Source: Octopus vulgaris (taxonomy: Eukaryota). From it: a stretch of DNA of 64,000 bases. The stretch covers positions 68,758,001 to 68,822,000 of the forward strand of contig OX597822.1 in assembly GCA_951406725.2 (NCBI GenBank), written 5' to 3'. The notes under the pieces are model-generated. The model saw only the letters and a program-made list of their open reading frames with translations. It ran no database searches and had not been told where the DNA came from. Position 1 is the first letter of the stretch. Every line of letters begins with the position of its first letter. The translations under genes were made by a program, and so were the position numbers. Below, piece by piece: positions 25,313 through 38,261 of this stretch.

Positions 25313-26799
25313 ATTTTTAGTTCCTTTTTCTGATCTAGTCAGTTTGTTAAGTTTTAAGCAATTAACTAATCAACTGTCTGATTAATGATTCAGTCACTCA
25401 ATCAATCAATCAGCTAGATTTATCAAAATCCTTTTGTCACTATTCGTAACCTCATCAATGACATACCCTGTTCAACTAATTAAACTTTATAGAAACGCCT
25501 ATTTACATTTCTTTTTTTTCTTATCTTTCACTAGTTTCAGTCATTGCACTGTGGCCATTCTGGGGCACTGCCTTGAATTTATATCTACAATCGTTAAAAG
25601 TCACTACAACTGTCTCTTTTACTTGTTTCAGTCATTTGACTGCAGCCATGCTGGAGCATTGCCTTTAGTTGAAGAAATCGACCCCAGGACTTATTCTTTG
25701 TAAACATAGTACATATTCTATCAGTCTCTTTTGCTGAACTGCTAAGTTACGGGGACGTAAACACACCAGCATCGGTTGTCAAGCAATATTGGGGGACAAA
25801 CACAGACACACAAACATATATACACACATATACATTCACATATATATACATATATATGACGGGCTTCTTTCAGTTTCTCTCTACCAAATCCACTCACAAG
25901 GCTTTGGTTGGCCCAAGGCTATAGTAGAAGACACTTGCCTAAGGTGCCACGCAGTGGGACTGAACCCAGAACCATGTGGTTGGCAAGCAAACTACTCATC
26001 ACACAGCCACTCCTTAAACTGTGTTTAACTTTTTATCATCCAGATTACTCTGTCAAATGCAGTGTTTCTTCACATAGTTTTGAATTAATTATCCATTATC
26101 TTGTAGTTTCAAGATGTCAATGATGTGATTTGTATCTTTTTAGGATGACATTCTAGGGTGGATGTGAGAGGCCAGATTTGGTCAGTTTAAACATAAAACA
26201 AATAGAAAATTTGGGCCTGACATGACTGGTTTAAACGCTAAGGGGTTAAAACAAAGAGATACCAAAAAATTTTTTTTTAGATATATAAAAATTAACGTTA
26301 TGGCGGATACTTTATCCAAGACTCAAACATTTTTAAAAAACTTTTGTTAGAGTTTTTATCTTCTACCTTTTGTTTCAGTCTTTGTACTATGGCCATGCTG
26401 GGGTATCACCTTCAAGAATTTAGTTGAACAAATCAACCCCAGTACATTTTGGTCCTTTTTGCTGAACTGGTAAGTTACAGGAATGTAAACAAACCAATAC
26501 CAGTTGTCAAGTAGTGGGGACACACATACACACAAATAAACAAAAACACACACACAAACAAATATACACACGCAACAGGCTTCCACACAGTTGCCATCTA
26601 TCAAATTCACTCATAAGGCATTGGTCAGCCCGAGACTATAGCAGAACACACCTGCATGAGGTGCCATGCTGTGGGACTGAACCTGAAACCATGTGATTGT
26701 AAAGTAAGCTTCTTAACCACACAGCCATACCTGCACCTATATATTTGACAAAGTTATAACTTTAGCAGTATTATTGTTTTTATACCCAGAAATGCAGTC

Positions 26800-26950
26800 T
26801 AATCAGACGACAGTTAAGAATTTCAGTGAAGGCCTTCCAACATCAACAAAAAAAAAGGGAGAAAAAGAGCTTCGCAGCTTCTGTTTTAAGGTAACATTCA
26901 AAACACATGCAAATGGCTGAATGGTTCCCTGCAATCTAATAACAAATTTA
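26800..26950 (-). pseudogene. Degenerate Cav2 DIII S4-S5 fragment
   Basis: RLQGTIQPFACVLNVTLK; cf. RLPKLKAVFDCVVNSLK. Confidence 0.55.
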
Positions 26951-27376
26951 AATCCAACATTCTTAAAAAACACACACACACACACACAACCACCCAGACA
27001 CAATTGCCCACCCAATGATTGAGGTTTGTTAATCTGAAATTTCAACCTGTCAACAATCAAGTACTAATTCATGTAAATTCTTTTACTCCAACCAGCAAAG
27101 AACCAAATTCTTTCCCACCATTCATTGAAACGACTTGGGAAAATTTTGAAACAAACTGAAGGACCTTAATCACTTTTGAACCTATGTATTTTCTATTCCT
27201 CATTTCTCAAACTCATTCTTCTTTCTCTTTGTACAGTTCTTCTTGTCAAGCTATTAAACTTCCTTTTTTATGCTTTTCTCTTCAATTAATCTTTCCACTC
27301 TTTTCTTTCCATCCAGTTTGGCTATTTTATTCACACAGTTGTGAGTAAATCTAGACGACTGAAGTATGTAACCTAA

Positions 27377-27417
<41 letters not shown>

Positions 27418-27742
27418 ACAGACATATATGCATACACACATGCATATATACACATGTATACAAATACATATACATACATATATATGTACATACTCAGGTA
27501 TACTCACAGATAAACATTAAAAACCAGATTATTCGTGTAAAATACAGCATAATGAAAAAAAAAAGGTTAAATTTGTGTTTATTTTAAATAAATGAATGCT
27601 TCTTTCAACAATAACCAAATATAAATAAACATATTCGTTTTATCCTATAATATTTTGACTTCTTTTAATGAATATATCCCTATTTTGTTTTTGAATAGGA
27701 GGGGAGAAAATAAAATATAAAAAAATAAAATTAAATTAAATA

Positions 27743-27855
27743 AGATCTAACGACTACATCTGGCAATTCTTTAGAGATAGACATAAAGGAAGGACGAAGC
27801 AATAAAAAAAACTAATACTTTAATAGCATAGTGTTCCATTTTAGCCTGGACAAAC
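27743..27855 (-). pseudogene. Degenerate Nav DIII S4 fragment plus MEHY motif
   Basis: LRPSFMSISKELPDVVVRS; cf. LRPLRALSRFEGMRVVVNA (same LRP-to-VVV spacing). Also AKMEHY. Confidence 0.55.
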
Positions 27856-28659
27856 AAAAACAACAAAAAGTCTAAAGAGAGAATTATCTTTTGTTAAAAT
27901 CGCTAAATAAATAAATAAATATTTCCTATTTTGTTCTTATAAGGTAAAAAAGAAACCCCCAAAAACAAAAACAAAAAAAAAAAAAAACACCTCTAAACTC
28001 TCACCAGTATCAGACCATAAAAATTACCATAACAGTTAAGAACTACTCTGGAAATAGAGATCAGTTGTCAGTAGTTTCAACAACCTAATTGATAATCCAT
28101 TGATTTTGTTTACCTGTTTAGGTATAAAAAAAAAAAAAAAAAATCAATTCCACAACTCTAAGCATATTCTGACAATAAAGATAACAGGTCTGGTAACCAT
28201 TAGCAACTGCATCTAAGATACAATGGAAAATCTGAAGTGAACACAAACAAAATGAAACAAAACAAAGTATAAAAAAATAAATAAAATAGAAGGGAGGCAA
28301 GGTAGATGGAGGGAGGGAGGGAGGGAGAGGTATAACAAAACAAAAAAAAAAAAGAAAGAAAGGAAGGAAAAAAGACAAAAGACAACCAAACCAGAAATCA
28401 GTAGAACATTAATATTAGTAACTATGAGATCAACCAAAAATAGGAATTAGCTGCTTTGAAATAATGAAGGTTAGAGAAAGGGTCATAGCTGATTTAGTGC
28501 AGCTAAAGAATTAAGGTAGATGCTATCAGGGTTTCATTTCTGCTATTAGGGGTGTCTTTTATTATTCTGTTAAAAAAAACAGAGACCCCCCCCCCCAAAA
28601 AAAAAAAATAATAATAATAATAATAAAGCTGTTAAAAGAGGAAGAGAGAATCTATAGAA

Positions 28660-28910
28660 TGCATTTGGTTAAGGTTCAGAAAATTTGTTTGTTTCGTAAT
28701 TTATAACGACAGATAGGAACAAAGGGTAGGTACTTCTCAATGGAACCAAGGCTATTCTAGAAGGAAGATCGTTCACACGTATTCCTATGAATACTAGTGC
28801 ATCACAGACGCTTTGTTTGTTATTTTCTTAGTGCAAGAACCTCTGCAGAAGCTTGAGATATGCGGAAACACACACTTCAAAAGACTTGAAAGCAAATATC
28901 ATTCTCAGAT
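28660..28910 (+). pseudogene. Sense-orientation degenerate pre-S1/S1/S2 fragment
   Basis: CIWLRFRKFVCFVIYNDR*E...TDALFVIFLVQEPLQKLEICGNTHF; keeps the S2 pattern D-x2-F-x6-E-x-L-x-K-x4-G. Confidence 0.55.
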
Positions 28911-29167
28911 GAAAAGCCCCAACATAAAAGAGAATGTGTCCAGTCAATAATCAAAATAAAAAAAAAAAAAGAAAAAGAAAGAAAGAAGAAAAGAAAATAG
29001 TGAGTAGTCAGTCATCTTTTCTGGATAATGCAACAGGTAGATTTCATGTCAGTGAAAATTGAACAATGGCAGTTAAAGATCTGAAACACTGACAGAGAAC
29101 TAATGAAACGAAAATAATCTGCTCAGTGTATATTATATATGAATGTGTGTGTGTGGTGTGTGTGTTT

Positions 29168-29249
<82 letters not shown>

Positions 29250-29254
29250 TATAA

Positions 29255-29445
29255 TCCATCTACAAAGACTGGTCTCTGCTACAGAGACAGTAGGTAAGTA
29301 CTGTTACCTTGGTAACTTAATCAATGTGAGAGATGGATGCAATGATAGCAATGAGATTGCACAGGACAGTTAAGATCTATAACAGTGGAAGAGGTTCTGG
29401 AAGTATCTGTATATGGTAATCGTTAAAGAGCTACACTAGTCTGTG
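29255..29445 (-). pseudogene. Degenerate S2-S3-S4 fragment (DIII-like)
   Basis: RYFQNLFHCY/D/LTVLCNLIAIIASI...LCSRDQSL; cf. [24 protein letters not shown]...AMSRMQGM. Confidence 0.5.
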
Positions 29446-31356
29446 CGTGCGTGTGTGTGTGTGTGTGCATGCGTGTGTAGTAGAAAGAGTTATACAGTGA
29501 ATGTTGTTAATATCTTTCTTTGATACAAATTAATAGTCATTCTCGCTCTACCTCCCTCTTATTTCAACTGGGGCACCTATCTATCTCGTCTACTGCAAGA
29601 CACTTGTCTGTCCCTTTACTACGCTTTAATCCCTCATTTATCACCTGGCATAAAAGCCACCTCCTTCGATAGTATTTCTATTCAGTTGAGGTGGTCCTCT
29701 CTTGCAAGTTACTTGGTGGCCTCACTAGTGCTGGTGCTACATAAAAAGCACCAAGTACACTCTGTAAAAGTGGTTGGCATCAGGAAGAGCATCGTGTCAT
29801 GGAAAACATGCCAAAGCAGACAGTGGTGCAGTCATCTGGCACACCAACTCCAGTCAAACCGTCCAACCCATGCCAGCAAGGAAAGCAAACATTAAATAAT
29901 GATCCTGATGATGATGATGATGATGATGAGAATAAAAAAATTTGAATTGGAATTCTTTAAAATAATTGAATAAAACAAGAAAAAATAAAATTTTTTAAAA
30001 AGTATAAATGGCACACAAAAAAAAAAGACTTATTTCTTAAGGTTATTTGGCAATTAATTTTCTTCATTCTTCAGTGTTACAATCCCAGCAATTTACCGTC
30101 ATGATATGCACGCTATCTTGGTTGGAATATTTCCTTCATTATAACCAGAGTTAATTCACAGCTCATGCTGCTACAAGTTATAATCCTATTAAGATAATAC
30201 TCTAAGAAATCATGTCCAACCATGATTGTTATTGTTCCACACTAAATATTCAGCATTTTGTAATGATTAAAATTTAACTTTAAAATGAAAAAAAGAAAAT
30301 ATGCACTAACATAGGCACTAGTGTGGTTGTGTGGTAAGAAGCTTGCTTCCTAAGCAAATGGTTCCCAAGTACATGTGGTTCTGGGTTCAGGCCCACTGCA
30401 TAACACTTTGGGCAAGTGTCTTCTACTATAGCCTCATGCTGACCAAAGCCTTGTGAGTGAATTTGGCAAATATATATATATAGTGAATCCAAACATGAAC
30501 AAAGAAAAAACACAACAATGCGAGGACGTGGAACAAGTATAGTGTTATTGGATGCTCAAGAAAGGAAGGAAAGAAGGAGGATTTAACGTTTCAAGCAGAG
30601 CTCTTTGTCAGAAACATAGAAAAAGGTCACATATTGAAATATATATAAATATATATTCTTTTATTCTTGTACTTGTTTCAATCATTTAACTACAGGCCAT
30701 GCAGGAACATGGCCATGGGGAGTTTAGTTGAACAAAATCAACCCATGACTTATTCTTTGTAAGCCTAGTACTTATTCTATCAGTCTCTTTTGCAAAACCA
30801 CTAAGTTACAGGGACATAAACACACCAGTACTGGTTGTCAAGTGATGGGAGAGAGGTCAAACATAGACACACATATAAATACATACGGATATACATGCAT
30901 ATACAGGGTTGACCAAAAGTCACCTGACAGTAAATCAAAACCATTTAATACCAAGATTTATTTATGTTTAACGACTGAATGGATTGAATAAAAGCATCTA
31001 AATATGAAACATCATGAAAATTGTTCAAACTGAAGCCCTTCTTGAGTGACACAATTTTTCATTCGAGTCAATACAGAATTACAGACACAGTATTTATGGA
31101 ATTTTTTATTTATTGTTGGGTGACTTTTGGCCAACCCTGAAGATACACAGACACACACACACACACACACACACATACAGGCTTCTTTCAGTTTCCGTCT
31201 ACCAAATCCACTCACATGGCTTTGGTCGTCCTGAGGCTATAGCAGAAGTCACCTGCCCAAGGTGCCACGCAGTGGGAGTGAACCCGGAATGTGGTTGGGA
31301 AACAAGCTTCTTACCACGCAGCCGTGCCAACACCTATGCGCACAGCCATGCCTGTA

Positions 31357-31409
<53 letters not shown>

Positions 31410-31674
31410 ACATGTGTCTTTGTTTGTCTCTCTATCACCACTTGACAAACCAGTGTTGGTTTGTAAACATCCCTATAACTTACTGGTTCAGCAAAAGAGA
31501 CTGATAGAGTAAGTACCAAGCTTGAAAAAATAGTGGGGTCAATTCATTCAACTAAAAAGTCTTCAAGGTGGTGCCCCAGCATGGCCTCAGTCTAATGACT
31601 GATGCAAGTAAAAGGTAACCCTCATCTTAGCTGCATCCATATCTCCTCTCACCTACCAATCCTACTGTCTCTAC

Positions 31675-32050
31675 TTGGTGGTGGTGGTGGTGGTGAAAGA
31701 GGAAGTGGAGGAGGAGGAAGTGGATGGGGAAGGTAGAAGAAGTAGAGGAAGGGGGAGAAGATGAAGGAAGGAAAAGGGGGAGGAAGGAAGAGGGAAGAGA
31801 AGGAAGGAGGGAAGAGTAAAGAGGTGGAAGGAGGGAAGAGGAAGTAGGGAAGAGGAAGGAGGGAAGAGGAGGAAGGAGGGAAGGAGAGGAAGAAAGAAAC
31901 AAGAGGAAGAAAAGAGGGAAGATGAGAGGAGAAGGGATAGGAAAGGAGGGAAGAGATGGAAGGCACAAAGAGGAGGGGGGAAGAGATGGAAGGCAGGAAG
32001 AGAAGGAAGGAGAGAAGAGAAAGAGGAAGAAAAGGGGGAAGGGAGGAAGA
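31675..32050. repeat. Polypurine (GGA/GAA) low-complexity tract
   Basis: Directly visible; similar tract at 33085-33252. Confidence 0.9.
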
Positions 32051-32599
32051 GTCTATTGCTGACTGTCTATCACTACCAGCATTAAAACATCCATGGGTGT
32101 TTCAGTCATTTGACTGCAGCCATGCTGGAACACCACCTTAAGTCAAATAAATCAACCCCAGGACTTATTCTTTGTAAGCCTAGTACTTATTCCATTGGTC
32201 TCTTTTTGCCAAACTGTTAAGTGACGGGGACGTAAACACACCACCATCGGTGTCAAGCGATGGTGGGAGGACAAACACAGATACAAACAACAAACACATA
32301 CATACATATATATATATATACATGACGGGCTTCTCTCAGTTTCCATTTACCAAACCCACTCACAAGGCTTTGGTCAGCTCGAGGCTGAACCTGGAACCAT
32401 GTGGTTGGGAAGCAAGCTTCTTACTTCACAGCCACGTCCTTTCTATTATCGTTATTATCAACCAACATGACTAAACAGAATGAGGAAATAAAACAGTGAA
32501 TGGCCAAACTGCTAAAATATTCTAATGGCATTCAAAGAGAGCACAAGAGAGTTAAGTATCACAGAAGTAAATTTCTGAAATATCATCTTTAAAATAATT

Positions 32600-32865
32600 C
32601 CTTTACATTTTTTTTTTTTGTTCTATCTCCAGATACTATTAAATTATTTAACCAACTAATGAATAATAGAAGAAGTGAAACAGAACCAGTGTGTGTGTGT
32701 ATGTGTTTATTGGCATAATGACTCTTCCAAAATACAATAAAATTTGTTTCAAAGCACAAGTTCACATGAAGAATCTTCCAAGTCAAATTCAAAAATGCAA
32801 ACTTCTTTACTTTTTTACTAGTTTTTCGGCAAGAGAGCTATGGCACTAACATCAGATTTTAAACA
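32600..32865 (-). pseudogene. Degenerate DIII S1 and DII S5 fragments
   Basis: TWKILHVNLCFETNFIVF (cf. [17 protein letters not shown]), SLLLLFI and SAIAL/AE. Confidence 0.5.
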
Positions 32866-33319
32866 GATTTTTTTTTTTAATTTCTCTTCTTTTATAAAAA
32901 AAATTATGCAAAAAGCATCCAGTACACTCTGTAAAATGGTCAACATTAGGAAGGGCATTCAGCCCCAGAAACCATGCCAAGGCTAACATTGGAGACCAAC
33001 ACAACTCCCAGCTTTGCTGGAACCTGTCAAGCCATCCAACCCATGCCAGTAAGGAACACAGATGTTAATCAACAATGGTGATGATGAGAAGTGGAGGAGG
33101 AAGAAGTGGGGGAGGAAGAGGAGGGGAAGAGGAAGAGGAAGAGGAAGATGATGAAGGGGAGGAAGAGGACGAGGAGGAAGAGAAGGAGGACGAGGACGAG
33201 GAGGAAAAGGATGAGGAGGAAGAAGAGGGGGAGGAAGAGAGGGAGGAGGAGGATATTACCAAGGGGTTTTATGTATTTTAAGTTCAGGCATATTTTTGAG
33301 ATACAATAATTTTTTAAAA

Positions 33320-33387
<68 letters not shown>

Positions 33388-33579
33388 CATATTGAAACAG
33401 CTTTTCTTTTAGAATAAAGTGAGGATTTTTGTTGTTGTTTTTAGGTTTTTTTTTTTCTTTTTGGACCAACTGAACAGCCTGGAATATTTCCCATGTTATT
33501 CCTGTGTAGAGAGAGAAACTATGACAATTGTTTCTTCTAAGTAGGGTTCTTCACTGATAACCTTTCGCCTACTCAAATC

Positions 33580-33730
33580 TTCCATGTAAACTAATATTAG
33601 AATATTTAAAAAGTGCCAGATTAATTTGAGAGCAGCCAACATTTGTAAGCACTGATAAGTTCAAGGATGTTTTTTAACTACAATGCCAGCAACTCTACTT
33701 ATCTGAATGAAAAGTTTTTAAACCCACCAT
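33580..33730 (-). pseudogene. Degenerate Cav fragments (DIII S5, S2-S3)
   Basis: AALKLIWHFLNILILVYM (cf. NSLKNVFNILIVYM), GFKNF and NILELI. Confidence 0.55.
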
Positions 33731-34745
33731 TGAAAAAAAAAAAAGTATGAAAAAAGAAAGAAAAAAGAAAATAATTATTAAAAAACATTTATATAATCTT
33801 TTTCAGCAAACCCAGAGAGAATACTATTTGTTGCTTTTTTGACTTCTAAAGCAGTAAAGGTAATGAAAATATTAACCTGGTATCATATTTAAAATGGTGA
33901 TTTTAAAGAAAAATTAAATGTAGTGCTGCCAGTGACACGTAAAAACCATCCACTACACTCTCGGAGTGGTTGGCGTTAGGAAGGGCATCCAGCTGTAGAA
34001 AGAAACCTTGCAAGATCAGATTGGAGCCTGGTGCAGCCTTCTGGCTTGCCAGTCCTCAGTCAAACCATCCAACCCATGCCAGCATGGAAAGCAGACGTTA
34101 AACAACGATGATGATGATGATGATGATGCTTCATACAGTCATAGTTCTTATATAAATACAGTATGACTAACATGAACGTGTCATCATTAATTACCTGTGT
34201 ATTCTTAATGAGATCATTTAGCTTTACTTTTCATTTGAAACTTTGGTAAAAAATTTTTATTTCTAATTGGATCGCAAGGCAGCCTGCTGTGCTTACCTTG
34301 GATCGTAGGGTGACTTGCTGTGCTTGAGGAGACCTATGGAGTCAAGTACATCAACATTATTATAAAAATCAAATGGAAATTGTAGTTGTGATACCTGTGC
34401 CGATGGCACATAAAAAGCACCATCCGAATGTGGCTGATGCCAGCGCCACCTTGACTGGCGCCCATGCTGGTGGCATGGTTTTCTATGGCTGGATGTCCTT
34501 CCTAACGCCAACTACTTCACAGAGTGTAATGGGTGCTTTTACGTTCCTCTAGGACGGGTGACATTGGGCTTCTTTCAGTTTCCATCTACCAAATCCATTC
34601 ACAGAGATTTAGTTGACCTGGGGCTAGAGTAGAAGACACTTGCGCAAGGTGTCACACAGTGGGACTGAACCTGGAGCAATGTGGCTGGGAACCAAACTAC
34701 TTACCACACAGCCATGCCTGCACTTGTGTGTCTGTCTATCCATTT

Positions 34746-34776
<31 letters not shown>

Positions 34777-36204
34777 TCTGTTGTGTCCGGGGAGAGTCAT
34801 TTTCTTATTGTGCCTTAATATTTAAGTGAGTGTGTTAAATAATAAAGCGCAAGAAAATGACTCTCCCCAGACACAACAGAATATGCTTCAACACACAACT
34901 CATATAAAGAATCTTGCAAGCCAAATCCAAAAACGAAATATATATATATGTGTTTGTGTGTGTGTGTGTGTGTAATGGGCTTCTTTCAGTTTCCATCTAC
35001 CAAATCCACTCATAGAGATTAAGTTGACCTGAGGTTATAATAGAAGATACTTGCCCAAGGTACCATGCAGTGGGACAGAACCCAAAACCATGTGGGTCGG
35101 AAGCAAACTTCTTAACCACACAGACTTGCCAATGCAGTAAGAACATAACTCATTTCTTTGAATTCTACTGTTTTACTACTGTTATTAATAATTTCAAATT
35201 TTCAGAACAGGGCCAGCAGTTTTTGAGGGGAGGGAGAAGTCCCCCAATATTTGACTGGTATTTATTTTATTGACCCTGAAAAAAATGAAAGACAAAATCA
35301 ACAGCAACAGAATTTTGAACTCAGAACATAAGGAAAGACAAAATATTTATTTCTTTATTGCCCACAGAGGGCTAAACATAGAGGAGACAAACAAGGACAG
35401 ACAAAGGGATTAAGTCGATTACATCGAATCCAGTGTGTAACTGGTACTTATTTAATCGACCCCCCGAAAGGGTGAAAGGCAAAAAGACAAAATATTGTTA
35501 AGCATTTTATCTGGCATGTTAACAGTTCGGCCAGCTTGCCACTCACAGGAGAGCCTTTTACCAATCGAGCAGACTGTGGTATGCAGATATAGTCTGTTTG
35601 GCCTAGAGACACACAACACACTGGCTAAAATAAAAACCCGAACCAAGTAACTGACCATGTGACCAGCCACAGTACCTCAATTAGATTCCGATAAATTCTA
35701 ATATATTTATATATACTTTATTATTCTATTCACTTCTGCAAGTTTATCTGATGTTATCAACCAAGAAGTGTTGATAGCACTATCTAATTGGCATTTGGTG
35801 ATTCTAGAAATTGGTATGTTTTATCTATAGCCTGTGTTATTTGGCTAGTAACCTCATTATTCCTTGTTTGTCAAATAAGATATTCTGAGACCTCTCCCCT
35901 CACTCGCTTTCTTCATATACACACAATATGTGTGTATGTATGTATGTATATGTATAGTGTGTATGTATGCTTGTGTGTGTGTGTGAATGTTAATATCTAT
36001 AAACTGCCTGGCTGGTTATTCTTAGAAGTATATAGGCTGGTATTAACTGAAGACTTTGAGTTGTGCCACAAAGGAATTTTACTGACACTGTGACCTTAAC
36101 CTTATCTTTGGAATGGCTTGTCTAAAATAGCGGAAGGAGAGGGGGCTTCTTCTTTTTTTTTTTTATCACAGACTTCCCATTTCAGATGTATCAAATTAAT
36201 GGAA

Positions 36205-36258
<54 letters not shown>

Positions 36259-36281
36259 TAAAAAATCAACAACATTGTAAA

Positions 36282-36360
<79 letters not shown>

Positions 36361-36870
36361 CAGAAATGCTATTTTCTATAGAAAATTGATTTTCAACTCA
36401 AGTGGAATTGTTTATGCTTCACCTTACTTACAATAAATAGTCAATTTGTATTTCTTGTTTTAATTTTTCTGTATTTTGCACAGAAAGAACAAATCTTTGG
36501 ATAAACTAGTATTCATTTGTTATTTTGGCAGGAAGTGAAAAACATGATAAGACAGATAACTGAAAGTATATTTTCAATCCCAGCAAATTCATTTATGCTT
36601 TTGTTTTGTTTTTTGTTTTTTGATTATTTTTTTTTTTCTGTCCCCAGTCAGAAAAGAGCTAACAATCTTAATTTCTATATTCCTACCCCACCATTCTTAT
36701 CCAAAAGACATTGTTGAAAAAGCTTTCTTGTGGATTGATTGTTGGCAGTAAATCATAATTTTGTTAGAGTTTTCTTTTTTTATTATTATTAATTAAAAAT
36801 AACAACAAATATGTTTTAGACTAAAGACTGGCTCCAAGGAGTTTATCAACAGCAGAATTGTTTTAAGGAT

Positions 36871-37113
36871 TTAAGACAGCTGAAGAGATAGCCATAACTG
36901 CCTGGAGTTGACAGAAATGGTAGACTGCCAAACTGAGGGACTCAATATTGCAAGTTCAAATTTTCTACTATGGTCAGTTTCGTCTTCACTAACGCCATCA
37001 ACATTATACATAAGAATGCAGTTGGAATAGACAATGGATACCAATGCATCAGCCAAGAAGTAAACGGGAGATATCTTGTGTATGCCATTGCATAGAGTCT
37101 GCAACCAAGACAC
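36871..37113 (-). pseudogene. Degenerate Nav DI S1-S2 fragment (open for 80 codons)
   Basis: SNCILM...FELAILSPSVWQSTISVNSRQLWL; cf. VNCILM...[24 protein letters not shown] (same spacing over S2). Confidence 0.55.
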
Positions 37114-37213
37114 TAAATTCTTACAGTTAACTACATTTATTTATCCTTTAAGAAGAGAATACAGGTAGTTGTAGTTGGTTAGTCCCTAGGCCACTCCTTA
37201 TTGTACAGATTGA

Positions 37214-37290
37214 AGATCAAAGGCATTCCAGGATCAAATGTATTCCAAGATCAAAGGCATTTAAGGATCAAAAGCATTCCCGGATCAAAC
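37214..37290. repeat. Minisatellite, ~17-bp unit gatcaaaggcattccag, about 4.5 copies
   Basis: Directly visible. Confidence 0.8.
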
Positions 37291-38261
37291 TTGTTGTCTT
37301 GGATAAATTTGCCCATTGCATCTTTCATTATGAATTGTTAGCATGCCAGGTGAAATGCTTAGCAGTATTTCATCTGCCACTACGTTCTGAGTTCAAATTC
37401 CACCAAGGAATTCGGGGTCGATTAAATAAGTACCAGTTACACACTGGGGTCGATGTAATCGACTTAATCCCCCTCCCACAAGCTGCCCTTGTGGCAAAAA
37501 TTTGAAATCATTATGATGATAGGTGCTGTGTGGTTTAAGAAGCTTGCTTTCCAACTATGTGATTTTGGGTTCAATCCCAACCATGCCAGCATGGAAAGCG
37601 AACGTTAGATGATGATGATGATGATGATGAATGGTGATATATAGCACTAATGCCTCGGTATATGAGTTAATTTGCTCTTGGAGAACACTCATAAAGCAAA
37701 AACTTGTAAAAACTCGTAAACCCGGGGTCTCATAAAGCAGGCCCTTAGTAAAGTGAGAGGTATTACTGTATACACAATTGGCTTCTTTCACTTTCTGTCT
37801 ACCGATTCCACTCACAAGGCTTTGATCAACCTGGAGCTGTAGTAAAAGACATTGCTACCATTAATTTATGGACACTAACGGGTTAAAGAAATATTTTGAA
37901 TTTTGTTAACACAGTCCTTTAATTAATCGTTACAGAAAATAATAATGTAAGCCTTAAATTTTTAGCACTTCAAGGAATATTCATTCTTTCATCAGATAAG
38001 GCTTACAACAAACTGTAGTTTTCAGTTCACACTTGCAAAACAACAGATGCTAAGAAGTTGAAAATCATGAAGATGAAAGTAAAAATCACCTTCCCTCACA
38101 TACCACCTCCACCCAAACACACACATACACCCACACACCCACATCAATACACATACACACTATTTGCTGCTGGCTTGAATAACTGAAAGACACATGAACA
38201 AAAGTGATCTGCAGTAAAACAGCCTGTCAGTGCATTACTTAAATAAGTCAAATATATTTAC

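Noticed and set aside
29288-29302. U1 snRNA 5' end (tacttacct on the minus strand)
   Set aside because: No further U1 sequence or Sm site.
26805-29375. U12-type branch points (tcttaac on the minus strand)
   Set aside because: Imperfect match to TTCCTTAAC and no matching RTATCCTT donors found.
33065-33309. Acidic Glu/Asp-rich ORF; Pro/Ser-rich ORFs at 31627-31968
   Set aside because: Polypurine low-complexity tracts with no splice or codon evidence.
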